Below are positions 1-8,864 of a stretch of DNA of 64,000 nt, piece after piece; the stretch's first letter is position 1; every line of letters starts with the position of its first letter. The DNA lies in contig JAUWWY010000003.1 of the NCBI GenBank assembly GCA_030616605.1, forward strand, positions 6,707 to 70,706, given 5' to 3'. A program made the translations under genes and the position numbers. The stretch is from a bacterium (GTDB lineage: Bacteria > Patescibacteriota > Minisyncoccia > Minisyncoccales > CG1-02-41-26). Below the pieces are notes generated by a model. It ran no database searches, had not been told where the DNA came from, and saw nothing but the letters and a program-made list of their open reading frames with translations.

Positions 1-213
1 CCTGGCTATCTGGTAAATATAAGCAGTAGGGTTTTTTATCTTATTTCTATTTGGATTATCTGGTATTCTAAATTTATCCCAAGCTTTTGTGAAAACCTGA
101 CTAGTCAAATCTTCAGCCACTTCTTGAGATTCAACCTTCAAAAGAACAAAACGATAAATTTTCTCCACATACTTATCGTAAAGTCTTGAAAACCTTTTTT
201 TGGGATTTTTCAT
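1..213 (-). CDS. Sigma-70 family (ECF-like) RNA polymerase sigma factor, N-terminal 71 codons; the 3' end lies outside the window
   Basis: Own translation from the ATG at 213: MKNPKKRFSRLYDKYVEKIYRFVLLKVESQEVAEDLTSQVFTKAWDKFRIPDNP... This fits the sigma-70 region 2 pattern. It is absent from the ORF track because it is truncated. Confidence 0.6.
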   Translation of the reverse strand, partial: MKNPKKRFSRLYDKYVEKIYRFVLLKVESQEVAEDLTSQVFTKAWDKFRIPDNPNRNKIKNPTAYIYQIAR

Positions 214-225
214 ATGTGATTAATA

Positions 226-314
226 TGTCCTATTGATGTCCTATTAACTAAGTGTCCTATTGATGTCCTATTAACTCTTATTGATGTCCTATTGAAACTG
301 TTCTGTCCTATTGA
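226..314. repeat. Six direct copies of TGTCCTATT(G/A)A, a candidate operator array
   Basis: Copies start at 226, 237, 253, 264, 285 and 304. They span the gap between the stop of the HTH gene (289) and the sigma factor start (213). Confidence 0.7.
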
Positions 315-885
315 TTTTATAGAAAGTCTGTCTTCCCTCCCCTATTCTCTTAACTAATCCTTTGTTCATTAAATAATCAAAATCTCTTCTTAAAGTCCTT
401 TTACTAATATCAGCAAAGATTTCTTTAAGTTCCCAAATCTGAGCCCTATCTTTTTCTCTTAGAAATTCTAAGATTTTTTCACATCTTTCTTTTGGCAAAC
501 CTTCTTCTTTTATTTTTACAGTTTGACTTTTGGAATGGATTTGAAAAGAATCTTTGTCTTTTCTCTCTCTGATTATTTCTCCTATCCTATCATATTCTCT
601 TTCTAATACAAAAAAATTTCTTTTATCAACCCAGTCCTGGTCTTTTGCTATTTCAAAATATCTTTGAATAATTTTAATGTCTCTTAAAACTTGCTCTCTG
701 ATTTTATCTTTTTGATTTTTTGTTAAGCTTATCGGATTTTTTAAAAAAATTAAAACCGAATCGGTCATAATTCTATTAGCTTTTTGCCTTAAAAAAAATT
801 TTAAGGGCTCATTTTTTGGAAAAAGCTCTGTCACCCTATATAAAGCCAATGTCATTTTTGTCAAATATCCCCTCTTCATGTCCAT
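289..885 (-). CDS. Transcriptional regulator: four-helix-bundle (23S rRNA IVS-protein-like) N-domain fused to a DeoR-type HTH
   Basis: The N-terminal segment YRVTELFPKNEPLKFFLRQKANRI resembles the four-helix-bundle family. The C-terminal segment ILEFLREK...ISKRTLRRDFDYLMNKGLVKRIG is a DeoR-like HTH. Confidence 0.6.
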   Translation of the reverse strand: MDMKRGYLTKMTLALYRVTELFPKNEPLKFFLRQKANRIMTDSVLIFLKNPISLTKNQKDKIREQVLRDIKIIQRYFEIAKDQDWVDKRNFFVLEREYDRIGEIIRERKDKDSFQIHSKSQTVKIKEEGLPKERCEKILEFLREKDRAQIWELKEIFADISKRTLRRDFDYLMNKGLVKRIGEGRQTFYKINRTEQFQ

Positions 886-891
886 TTTTTA

Positions 892-919
892 AATTTAACA
901 TTATTCAATAAAATGTCAA
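892..919 (-). promoter_or_regulatory. Sigma70-like promoter TTGACA-16-TAAATT; the -10 ends 6 nt before the ATG, so the mRNA may be leaderless
   Basis: The minus strand reads TTGACATTTTATTGAATAATGTTAAATTTAAAAAATG. Confidence 0.45.
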
Positions 920-941
920 TCTTAATAATGTCAATCTTAAT
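912..941. repeat. Perfect tandem duplication AATGTCAATCTTAAT x2, which duplicates the -35 box
   Basis: Positions 912-926 and 927-941 are identical. Confidence 0.8.
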
Positions 942-944
942 TAA

Positions 945-981
945 GTAAAGGGCTGGGAATGAAACTTATCAAACCCAGCCC
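945..981 (-). terminator. Hairpin GGGCTGGG-N16-CCCAGCCC downstream of the small zinc-ribbon ORF
   Basis: An 8-bp GC-rich stem at 950-957 and 974-981. The following U-tract is weak (TTTACTT). Confidence 0.4.
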
Positions 982-1026
982 ATAAATATTTGTTTCTACC
1001 TCCCGTTTTCTAAAAATTTGTCCTAT

Positions 1027-1194
1027 TTAAACACCCTGCGGTAAAGTGTGCTTTTTCTTCCTGCCATTTTTGTTATTCTTAAACTTATGAATTTGTCCGC
1101 ACTGACAAGTAATCTTTACTCCTCCTTTGTCTTCGGGCCAATGAATTTCTTCGCCACAGCCACAAATAACTATATCAGGATCAGGTCTGCTCAC
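1027..1194 (-). CDS. Small zinc-ribbon protein, 55 aa, with a GTG start
   Basis: Own translation: VSRPDPDIVICGCGEEIHWPEDKGGVKITCQCGQIHKFKNNKNGRKKKHTLPQGV, with CxC...CxC motifs. GAAAGGA lies 7 nt upstream, TTGATA-16-TAAAAT lies further upstream, and a hairpin lies downstream. It is below the ORF-track size cutoff. Confidence 0.35.
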   Translation of the reverse strand: MSRPDPDIVICGCGEEIHWPEDKGGVKITCQCGQIHKFKNNKNGRKKKHTLPQGV

Positions 1195-1350
1195 TAACGT
1201 ATCCTTTCTTTTTTTGATTAAAAAAAACCTTTTTTTAAAGTTCCATCTTATTTTAACAATTATTTAAAATTTATCAACCCTGAGTTTTCCACAGGGAAAT
1301 AAATTAATAAAGGTTGACAAGAAAATTTTTATTTTTGACAATAAGATAAT

Positions 1351-1986
1351 ATGAAAAAGAAAATTTGGATTTTTTTAATAATCCTCGTACTGTTGGCTGG
1401 AGGATTTTTTTATTGGTGGAGTAATCGACAATCAGAGGAAGAAGAATCACAGCCCCCTACTCTATTCAGTAAAGAAGACTATAAAATTCAAGAAAGAGCA
1501 GATGGAAAATACATTGTTGTCGAAAAGGTCGGTTTAACAGCCAAAGTACCAGAAGGATGGAGAGTAGAAAAAGAAGGAAGCGATATCCCAGAACCAGAAT
1601 ATTGGATCAATCTTTATTCACCAGATGCAGAGGTAAAAGAGATTCTAACAAAGGGGTGTAGTATAGGTGTTATGCTCGCAACCGCAACGGAAACAGTTCA
1701 GAGAATAGAAGAAAATATAAAATTATTACAAGAACACCCAGAAAAATCTAGTGAACTTAAAGATGATTACTTTTTGGCTGATAAATTTGACATTATAGAG
1801 ATAAGCGATTATTCGGCACTAAAAGTAATATCACAAGAACATCAAATTATGGGCCAAGGTATTAATGTCGATATTCCGATAGGAAGCAATGTGTGGATAA
1901 ATTTTAATACTGTATTTCCCTCAGGATATAAAGAAAAATGTTCTCCAATATGGGAAGACTTTCTGAAAACAGTAGTGATTAAATAA
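1351..1986 (+). CDS. Hypothetical membrane-anchored or secreted protein
   Basis: ORF track, 211 aa. The N-terminal hydrophobic helix is KKIWIFLIILVLLAGGFFYWW. It ends 1 nt before the next gene. Confidence 0.6.
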   Translation: MKKKIWIFLIILVLLAGGFFYWWSNRQSEEEESQPPTLFSKEDYKIQERADGKYIVVEKVGLTAKVPEGWRVEKEGSDIPEPEYWINLYSPDAEVKEILTKGCSIGVMLATATETVQRIEENIKLLQEHPEKSSELKDDYFLADKFDIIEISDYSALKVISQEHQIMGQGINVDIPIGSNVWINFNTVFPSGYKEKCSPIWEDFLKTVVIK

Positions 1987-1987
1987 T

Positions 1988-4900
1988 ATGTTTAAGAAAG
2001 CTTTTTTAATTTTAATATCAATTCTTTTGATATTGTTTTTTATTAGCCCAGAAATTGTTTTTGCTCAAGAAAATCAGAACGTAAATTGGCCTCTTAAGCA
2101 AGGAGAAGTAGAAAACCTATTGGATATCATCAGAAAAGAACCTTTAACTGATGCAAATTTTAATCTTTTTTTTGAGTCATTATCTCATACCTATTCGGAC
2201 TATCCAAGAAAAACTGGAGCCGTAGTTTTAGTTAAACAAGCAATTTTAAAAGAACAATTGGATTATTGGTTTAAAGGAATTCCAAAGGAGCTTTCAAAAA
2301 AGTTTCTAAAAACTGCCTTAGAAATAGGCATAACAATAATTACCAAGGGCTCCTATGGAGCATATGATATTTTAAATCAGTTGGAGAAAATTACTGTTAA
2401 AAAAGCTAATGAATATGCTCTTAATTGGTTCCTTCAAAATGAAATAAAAATAGGAAGCGGTGAAACAAGTTATATCTTCCCTTCTTATAAAGGAAATACT
2501 CAAAAATTAGATATTCAATATATTATTGTTTACAAACCCCTAAGTCAAAATAAGAGAGAAATTGTTGCTGAATTTTATTCAAAAAATCCTATTGAGCCGC
2601 CGATAGGTACAAGACCTAATGCAATAGGAGGAAACAGAGATGACCCTAGATCAACCCCTTGGCCATCGGATCGCTGGATAGAAAATGAAAGACAACGAGA
2701 TAATGATGGAAAATTAGAGCCATTTATTGTAAGAGTTAAAGGATTTGTAGAGAGGAATGACTGGAATCAGTTTATTTGGGATAAATCAAAACCAAAACCA
2801 GTAGTTGAAATAGATTTTGACAAGCCAGTGCCGGAAATTGAGAACAGTGATATTATTTTGGAAAGTCCTCCATCAAAAATTTCTTTTGCTAAAGAGATAT
2901 CTAAGTTGCTCTTGGAAAAATTGAAATCTGGGGTGGGAGAAATAAAAGATACCACAGCAAATCTTATAAATAAAATTAAATCTTATCTTACCAGTATAGA
3001 ACCAGCCGCCCAGATTGAAAGTCACGATCTTCCAAAAGATCTATTATCAAAGCTTGAAGATCTATGGAGATTGAACCTCGATAGATTAACAGAAGAAGCA
3101 CTATCTCTTGAAAAAATTAAGGAAGCTCTGGAAGAGGAAGGGAAAGAATTTCCAGAAAAAATCAAACTCACTTTAGATGAACTTATTGAAAGATTTGATG
3201 ATATTTCAGAAGAAGCAGAAATACTTTTAGCTCAGGTAGAAAATTTTTTGGCAAAAGAAAACCAAGTAATAAGGGAAAATGGGATGATAGAGGAAAAAGT
3301 TGAAGAAGAAATCGAAGAAGAGGAAATTGAAAAAGTAGACGAGGAAAAACAAGAAGGAACTCCTGAACAAGAAATTATCTTTTGTTCTGTTTCAAATTAC
3401 CAAACTCCAACCAGAAATAAAGTTATTATCAATGAAATTGCCTGGATGGGAACTACTAATTCTTCAAACGATGAGTGGTTCGAGCTGAAAAATATTTCTC
3501 CAAATTCAATTGATTTAAGTGGCTGGCAGATTTTAGATAAAGACTTTCAAATAAAAATTGTTTTCAATAAAGAAGAACAAGTCTCCGGAGGACAGACCTC
3601 CGGAGGTGGCTTTTTTCTTTTGGAAAGAACTGATGATGATTCTGTACTGAACGTCCCAGCCGATTTCATTTATACTGGTGCTTTAAATGACAACAGTGAA
3701 GCTTTATATCTTTTTGATAAAGATTGTAATCTCCAAGACAAAATTGAAGCTATCTCAGATTGGCCAGCTGGGAATAAAAATTCTAAAAAAACAATGGAAA
3801 GAAAAAGTGATTTGGCCTGGCAAACAAGTCGGTATGTTGGTGGTACTCCGAAAGCTGAAAATAGTTCGGGCGAAACTCAATATAATGGCGGAGGCGGAGG
3901 AGCAGAGACACCCTCTCCCGAGCAACCAAAAGAAGAACCAAAAATCACTCTTTCTTATCTCGAAGAAAATCCAGTCAATAAAGAAATCGAAGTTGAATTA
4001 TCTGTCTCAGGATTAGAAGATGCTTCTTACGATGTGAAAATCTCGATTGAAAATGCCAGTGGAACGCTTTCTAAAATTTTTAATGAAAAAGAAAACGATT
4101 GGAAATCGTCAGCTTATTACCTCACCAATGTTTTTTCGGGGAATTCGTTTAAGGGAAATTTTAGATTAAAAATAATAGAAGATAAACAAGATTTCAGAGG
4201 CGAAGCAGATATTGTTGCAAAAATCAGAGAAAATGGAAAAAGCAAATATTTTGAATTCGCTGATAAAATTAATATTACAGAACCAGAAAAACAACCATTA
4301 GAAACAAAAGACTATTCTCCTTTAGATGTGGTAATCAATGAAATTGCCTGGATGGGAACTCAGGCTGATTATAATGATGAATGGCTTGAACTTTATAATA
4401 ATACCCCCGAAGAAGTTGATCTAAATGACTGGGTTATTAACTGGGGAGAAGGAACAAGTACCCGTTCTATTAACTTAACCGGGAATATCTCTGCTTATGG
4501 CTTTTATCTTTTAGAGAGAACAGCAAGTACAACAATTTCTGATATTGAAGAAGATCAAATTTATCATGGTGCCTTGGGAAATGAGGGCGAGAAATTAGAA
4601 TTAGTAGATTTAAATTCTAATCTGATTGACAAAGTTGATTGCTCAAGTGAATGGTTTGCCGGAAATAATGAAACAAAACATACAATGGAAAGAATTGACC
4701 CCAGGGTTTCTGGAAATAATTTAGAAAATTGGGCAGATAACAATGGAGTGGAAATAAACGGATCAGATGCTGAGGATAATTCAATTCTCGGCACCCCAAA
4801 AGTAAAAAACAGTGTCTTTTCAACTTTACCTCCTAATCCTGTATCTGACTTTGTTATTGATGAAGAAAATAGTAAATATAATACGGTCGTTTTAACTTGG

Positions 4901-6412
4901 TCCACCACCACTGATCCGGATACTGCTGAGCAAGATATTTCTTATGTTATTTATTGGGCAAAAGAAGAAATCGACGAAGAAAATGCTAGCACCACTAATC
5001 CAACTGCTTTTTCAACCAGCACGGTAACAACTACCCTTATTCTCTCTGTCCTTGATTACGACTCAACTTATTATTTCGGTATCCGAGCTTTTGACGGCGG
5101 AAATTATTCTTCCCTCTCGACTACCACTCCTTACAACACTCCTTTACCTCCAATCAATGATTTGAATGCTGGTACTTCAGCCATTAGAAAGACAGTTGAC
5201 CTTTTTTGGACAGCTCCGGGAGCAGAAAGTTATCTTATTAAGTATGCTGAAAAAGAAATTGTAGAAAACCCAACGAGCACCGAGAAAATAAGCTGGGAGG
5301 AAACCACCCTTGTTGAAAACTCAATAGTTCCTAAAGTAGCAGGAGAAATTGAAGGTTTTACTATTGAAAATTTAATTCCTGATAAAACATATTACTTTGC
5401 TATTAAATCAATAAATAAAGCAAATGCCTTCTCAGAAATTTCAAACTCTCCAAAAGCCAAAGCAATACCAGGCTTCCAAGACAATGGCGATGGAACAATA
5501 ACTGATTTATATACTGGCTTGATGTGGGTAAAAGACGGCAATGGCAGAGGCGCTAATAACGGACAGCCGCTGAGCTGGCAAGATGCAGAAACGTTTAGCG
5601 ACAACCTCGTCCTGTGTCAAAACGGGATATTCAGCACAAGCACTACCAGCACAATTTGCGCTGATAAGGGAGGAATAAAATACGATTACTGGCGCCTACC
5701 CGGGTTTAAGGAATTGGCTGCTATTGTTGATTATCAAGAGAGCAGTCCACTTATTAATCAGAACTTTTTTCCTAATACCTCCAGAACAAACTACTGGACT
5801 CTCTCTTATGATGATGTCCCTGGAATTGCTTATAATTATCCGAGCAGAAGCGATATTGAAACCGTAAATTTTAACAGCGGCACTTTGGAAATTATTTCTT
5901 CCAGAGCAGACCTACTTTATTATGTAAGACCTGTGCGCGGTCCTGCCATTGGCACACCCAACATCCTGCCGCCTGCCAATATGGACAACAGCCCAGCGCA
6001 ATACTGTCAGCTTGGTTATACAGAAAACGAAAAAACAATCACTGACAACTGCACTAACTTAATGTGGGTAAAAGGAGGCACTAGAGCTTTGTTAAGTGAT
6101 AGAGATAATGACCCTTTATCTCCTAAACCAGGCAATATTTCCTGGAAAGGAGCTGTTGCTTTTTGCGAGGGCTTAGAACTTGACGGCTATAATGACTGGC
6201 GTGTGCCTAATATTCTTGAATTGATTATAGTCGCCAATAGAAACGACCACAATATTCTTCCAACAGAAAGCGGCTATACTTATTATTATTTGTCATCTAC
6301 TGGAGATGAAAGCAATTTCTGGGGCGTTTGGAAAGAGGAAACCATAAAAACACATTATTTTTCCAAAGACAGCGGCGAACTTTACCTGCAGTGCCTGCGC
6401 AACATTAACTAA
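1988..6412 (+). CDS. Giant secreted surface protein with 2 lamin-tail domains, FN3-like repeats and 2 C-terminal DUF1566/Lcl-like domains
   Basis: There is an N-terminal signal or TM segment. NEIAWMG..NDEW(F/L)EL(K/Y)N occurs twice, which marks the LTD. The motifs TGLMWVKD, NLMWVKG, YWRLP and DWRVPNILEL fit DUF1566. Confidence 0.8.
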   Translation: MFKKAFLILISILLILFFISPEIVFAQENQNVNWPLKQGEVENLLDIIRKEPLTDANFNLFFESLSHTYSDYPRKTGAVVLVKQAILKEQLDYWFKGIPKELSKKFLKTALEIGITIITKGSYGAYDILNQLEKITVKKANEYALNWFLQNEIKIGSGETSYIFPSYKGNTQKLDIQYIIVYKPLSQNKREIVAEFYSKNPIEPPIGTRPNAIGGNRDDPRSTPWPSDRWIENERQRDNDGKLEPFIVRVKGFVERNDWNQFIWDKSKPKPVVEIDFDKPVPEIENSDIILESPPSKISFAKEISKLLLEKLKSGVGEIKDTTANLINKIKSYLTSIEPAAQIESHDLPKDLLSKLEDLWRLNLDRLTEEALSLEKIKEALEEEGKEFPEKIKLTLDELIERFDDISEEAEILLAQVENFLAKENQVIRENGMIEEKVEEEIEEEEIEKVDEEKQEGTPEQEIIFCSVSNYQTPTRNKVIINEIAWMGTTNSSNDEWFELKNISPNSIDLSGWQILDKDFQIKIVFNKEEQVSGGQTSGGGFFLLERTDDDSVLNVPADFIYTGALNDNSEALYLFDKDCNLQDKIEAISDWPAGNKNSKKTMERKSDLAWQTSRYVGGTPKAENSSGETQYNGGGGGAETPSPEQPKEEPKITLSYLEENPVNKEIEVELSVSGLEDASYDVKISIENASGTLSKIFNEKENDWKSSAYYLTNVFSGNSFKGNFRLKIIEDKQDFRGEADIVAKIRENGKSKYFEFADKINITEPEKQPLETKDYSPLDVVINEIAWMGTQADYNDEWLELYNNTPEEVDLNDWVINWGEGTSTRSINLTGNISAYGFYLLERTASTTISDIEEDQIYHGALGNEGEKLELVDLNSNLIDKVDCSSEWFAGNNETKHTMERIDPRVSGNNLENWADNNGVEINGSDAEDNSILGTPKVKNSVFSTLPPNPVSDFVIDEENSKYNTVVLTWSTTTDPDTAEQDISYVIYWAKEEIDEENASTTNPTAFSTSTVTTTLILSVLDYDSTYYFGIRAFDGGNYSSLSTTTPYNTPLPPINDLNAGTSAIRKTVDLFWTAPGAESYLIKYAEKEIVENPTSTEKISWEETTLVENSIVPKVAGEIEGFTIENLIPDKTYYFAIKSINKANAFSEISNSPKAKAIPGFQDNGDGTITDLYTGLMWVKDGNGRGANNGQPLSWQDAETFSDNLVLCQNGIFSTSTTSTICADKGGIKYDYWRLPGFKELAAIVDYQESSPLINQNFFPNTSRTNYWTLSYDDVPGIAYNYPSRSDIETVNFNSGTLEIISSRADLLYYVRPVRGPAIGTPNILPPANMDNSPAQYCQLGYTENEKTITDNCTNLMWVKGGTRALLSDRDNDPLSPKPGNISWKGAVAFCEGLELDGYNDWRVPNILELIIVANRNDHNILPTESGYTYYYLSSTGDESNFWGVWKEETIKTHYFSKDSGELYLQCLRNIN

Positions 6413-6425
6413 AATCTGTAGCTAT

Positions 6426-6468
6426 CACCGTCCCGACCGGTGTTAAATTGACACCGGTCGGGACGGTG
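6426..6468. other. Perfect 18-bp inverted repeat with a 7-nt loop between convergent genes
   Basis: The sequence is CACCGTCCCGACCGGTGT-TAAATTG-ACACCGGTCGGGACGGTG. Neither side has a clear U-tract, so a terminator role is uncertain. Confidence 0.7.
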
Positions 6469-6495
6469 TAAATTGACTCTCAAAATGAAGTAATA

Positions 6496-6531
6496 AAAAA
6501 AGTCCTCTTAATGAATTAAGGGGACTTTTGG
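6496..6531 (-). terminator. Intrinsic terminator of WG gene 1
   Basis: Minus-strand hairpin AAAAGTCCCCTTAA-TTCA-TTAAGAGGACTTTTT followed by a T-run. Confidence 0.7.
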
Positions 6532-6548
6532 TTTGTTTTGGGATTGTG

Positions 6549-6986
6549 TCAAGCTTCTCGGGTTCCGTCAGGACGAACCTGAAATTGCTTGCTGCCCTGT
6601 CTGGCCCAAGCCAAGCCTTTATGGAAGACACCGATAGAGTCATACCTCTGCTTGTAAGCAGGGTTTCCATCAGGATGGATGTGAAACTGTTCCCCGTTCT
6701 TCGTGGCTCGAGCCAGGCCTTTATTGAAGGAACCGACAGAATCATACTTCTGCTCGTAGGCAGGGGTTCCGTCAAGACGAATATGGAAGTATTCGCCGTC
6801 CTTTCTGGCCTCAGCCAAGCCTTCATGGAAGAGACCGACAAAGTCATATCTCTGCTCATAAGCAGGAGTTCCGTCAGGACGAATGTGAAACTGCTCGCTA
6901 CCCTTTTGAACCACAGCCAGGCCTTCATGGAAGGAACCGACAGAGTCATACATCTGCAACAGTTTTTCTCTTGTTAAAATTTCCAT
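6549..6986 (-). CDS. WG/KWG-type beta-repeat protein, 4 modules of 34 aa, no signal peptide
   Basis: 145 aa. It has a 12-aa cap followed by repeats of YDxVGxFxEGLAxxxKxxxxFHIRPDGTPAYxQR. The upstream SD is AAAGGAGAAAAGGAATG. Confidence 0.85.
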   Translation of the reverse strand: MEILTREKLLQMYDSVGSFHEGLAVVQKGSEQFHIRPDGTPAYEQRYDFVGLFHEGLAEARKDGEYFHIRLDGTPAYEQKYDSVGSFNKGLARATKNGEQFHIHPDGNPAYKQRYDSIGVFHKGLAWARQGSKQFQVRPDGTREA

Positions 6987-7046
6987 TCCTTTTCTCCTTT
7001 ATTATTGTTAATTATTGTTGTTAATGTACAAGCTAAAACTATTTAT

Positions 7047-7075
7047 AATATATCATACATATTCATTATTGTCAA
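7047..7075 (-). promoter_or_regulatory. Promoter TTGACA-17-TATATT for WG gene 1
   Basis: The minus strand reads TTGACAATAATGAATATGTATGATATATT. Confidence 0.6.
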
Positions 7076-7100
7076 AGAATATTAAACTGATGGAATAAAG

Positions 7101-7133
7101 AAAAGTCCTCTTAATGAATTAAGAGGACTTTTG
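7101..7133 (-). terminator. Intrinsic terminator of WG gene 2
   Basis: Palindrome AAAAGTCCTCTTAATGAATTAAGAGGACTTTT with a T-run on the minus strand. Confidence 0.75.
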
Positions 7134-7148
7134 GATTGTTTTGGATTG

Positions 7149-7484
7149 TCAACCTACTCTGGTTCCGTCAGGACGAATGTGAAACCGTCCGTTACCCTTT
7201 CTGACACAAGCCAGACCATCTTGGAAGGGAGCGACCCAGTTGTACCTCTGATTGTAAGCAGGGGTTCCGTCAGGATGAATGTGAAACCACTTGTTGCCAT
7301 TTTGGACCACAGCCAGACCTTCATGGAAGGGACCAACAAAGTCATATCTGTGCTTGTAAGCAGGGGTTCCGTCAGGACGAATTTGGAACTGTTTGTTATC
7401 CTTTCTGACCCAAGCCAGGCCCTCATGAAAGGAACCGACAGAGTCATACATTTTTAACAGTTCTTCTTTTGTTAAGGTTTTCAT
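7149..7484 (-). CDS. WG/KWG-type beta-repeat protein, 3 modules
   Basis: 111 aa with the same cap and 34-aa modules. The ORF track frame matches its paralogs. Confidence 0.85.
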   Translation of the reverse strand: MKTLTKEELLKMYDSVGSFHEGLAWVRKDNKQFQIRPDGTPAYKHRYDFVGPFHEGLAVVQNGNKWFHIHPDGTPAYNQRYNWVAPFQDGLACVRKGNGRFHIRPDGTRVG

Positions 7485-7531
7485 TCCTTTTTTCCTTTAT
7501 TATTGTCAATGTACAAGTTAAAACTATTTAT

Positions 7532-7560
7532 AATATATCATATATATTCATTATTGTCAA
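7532..7560 (-). promoter_or_regulatory. Promoter TTGACA-17-TATATT for WG gene 2
   Basis: Conserved cassette sequence. Confidence 0.6.
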
Positions 7561-7585
7561 AGAATATTTAAAATTGAGGGAATAA

Positions 7586-7618
7586 AAAAGTCCTCTTAAT
7601 GAATTAAGAGGACTTTTG
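7586..7618 (-). terminator. Intrinsic terminator of WG gene 3
   Basis: Same palindrome plus T-run. Confidence 0.75.
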
Positions 7619-7636
7619 GTTTGTTTTGGGATTGTA

Positions 7637-8074
7637 TTAATCTGCTCGGGTTCCGTCAGGATGAATGTAGAACGACTCTTTGTCCTTTCTGGCCCAAGCC
7701 AGGTCTTTGTAGAAGATACCGACAGAGTCATACCTCTGCTCGTAAGCAGGAGTTCCGTCAGGACGAATGTGGAACGACTTGCCATCCTTTCTGGCCACAG
7801 CTAGGCCTTCCTGGAAGGGACCGACAGAATCATATCTTTGCTCGTAAGCAGGGGTTCCGTCAGGACGAATGTGGAACCGCTGATCGTCTCCTTCGACCTG
7901 AGCCAGGCCTTCTTGGAAGGAACCGACCCAGTCATATCTTTGCTTGTAGGCAGGAGTTCCGTCAGGACGGATGTGGAACGACTCGCCGCCCTTACGGACT
8001 TCAGCCAGGCCTTCATGGAAATCACCAACCCAGTCATACCTCTGCAACAGCTCTTCTCTTGTTAAGGTTTCCAT
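7637..8074 (-). CDS. WG/KWG-type beta-repeat protein, 4 modules
   Basis: 145 aa paralog. Confidence 0.85.
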   Translation of the reverse strand: METLTREELLQRYDWVGDFHEGLAEVRKGGESFHIRPDGTPAYKQRYDWVGSFQEGLAQVEGDDQRFHIRPDGTPAYEQRYDSVGPFQEGLAVARKDGKSFHIRPDGTPAYEQRYDSVGIFYKDLAWARKDKESFYIHPDGTRAD

Positions 8075-8119
8075 TTCTTTTCTCCTTTATTATTGTCAAT
8101 GTTCAAATTAAGTATCCAT

Positions 8120-8148
8120 AATATATCATATATATTCATTATTGTCAA
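8120..8148 (-). promoter_or_regulatory. Promoter TTGACA-17-TATATT for WG gene 3
   Basis: Conserved cassette sequence. Confidence 0.6.
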
Positions 8149-8173
8149 AGAATATTTAAAATTGAGGGAATAA

Positions 8174-8206
8174 AAAAGTCCTCTTAATGAATTAAGAGGA
8201 CTTTTT
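8174..8206 (-). terminator. Intrinsic terminator of WG gene 4
   Basis: Same palindrome plus T-run. Confidence 0.75.
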
Positions 8207-8223
8207 GATTGTTTTGGATTGGA

Positions 8224-8763
8224 TCAATCTACTCTGGTTCCGTCAGAACGAATGTGGAACTCCTCGCCGTTCTTTGCGGCCCAAGCCAAGCCATCCTTGA
8301 AGGGACCAACAGCGTCATACCTCTGCTTATAAACAGGGATTCCATCAGCATGAATATGGAATTCCTTGTCGTCCTTTTTGACTCGAGCCAAGCCTTCATG
8401 AAAGGGACCGACAGAGTCATACCTCTGCTCGTAAGCAGGGGTTCCGTCAGAACGGATGTGGAACTCCTTGTCGTCCTTTTTGACCACAGCTAAACCTTCA
8501 TTGAAAGGACCGACAGAGTCATACCTCTGCTCGTAGGCAGGGGTTCCGTCAGGACGGATATGGAACTCTTTGCCGTCCTTTCTGGCCCAAGCCAGACCTT
8601 CATTGAAAGGACCGACAGAGTCATACCTCTGCTTGTAAACAGGGCTTCCATTAGGACGGATGTGGAACCACTCGTTGCCCTTTCTGGCCCAAGCCAGACC
8701 TTCATTGAAGTTACCAACAGAATCATACCTCCGCAACAGTTCTTCTCTTGTCAGGGTTTTCAT
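8224..8763 (-). CDS. WG/KWG-type beta-repeat protein, 5 modules
   Basis: 179 aa paralog. Confidence 0.85.
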   Translation of the reverse strand: MKTLTREELLRRYDSVGNFNEGLAWARKGNEWFHIRPNGSPVYKQRYDSVGPFNEGLAWARKDGKEFHIRPDGTPAYEQRYDSVGPFNEGLAVVKKDDKEFHIRSDGTPAYEQRYDSVGPFHEGLARVKKDDKEFHIHADGIPVYKQRYDAVGPFKDGLAWAAKNGEEFHIRSDGTRVD

Positions 8764-8810
8764 TTCTCTCCTCCTTTGTTATTGTCAATGTACAAGTTAA
8801 AACTATTTAT

Positions 8811-8839
8811 AATATATCATACATATTCATTATTGTCAA
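8811..8839 (-). promoter_or_regulatory. Promoter TTGACA-17-TATATT for WG gene 4
   Basis: Conserved cassette sequence. Confidence 0.6.
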
Positions 8840-8864
8840 AGAATATTGAAAGATAAAGTAATAA

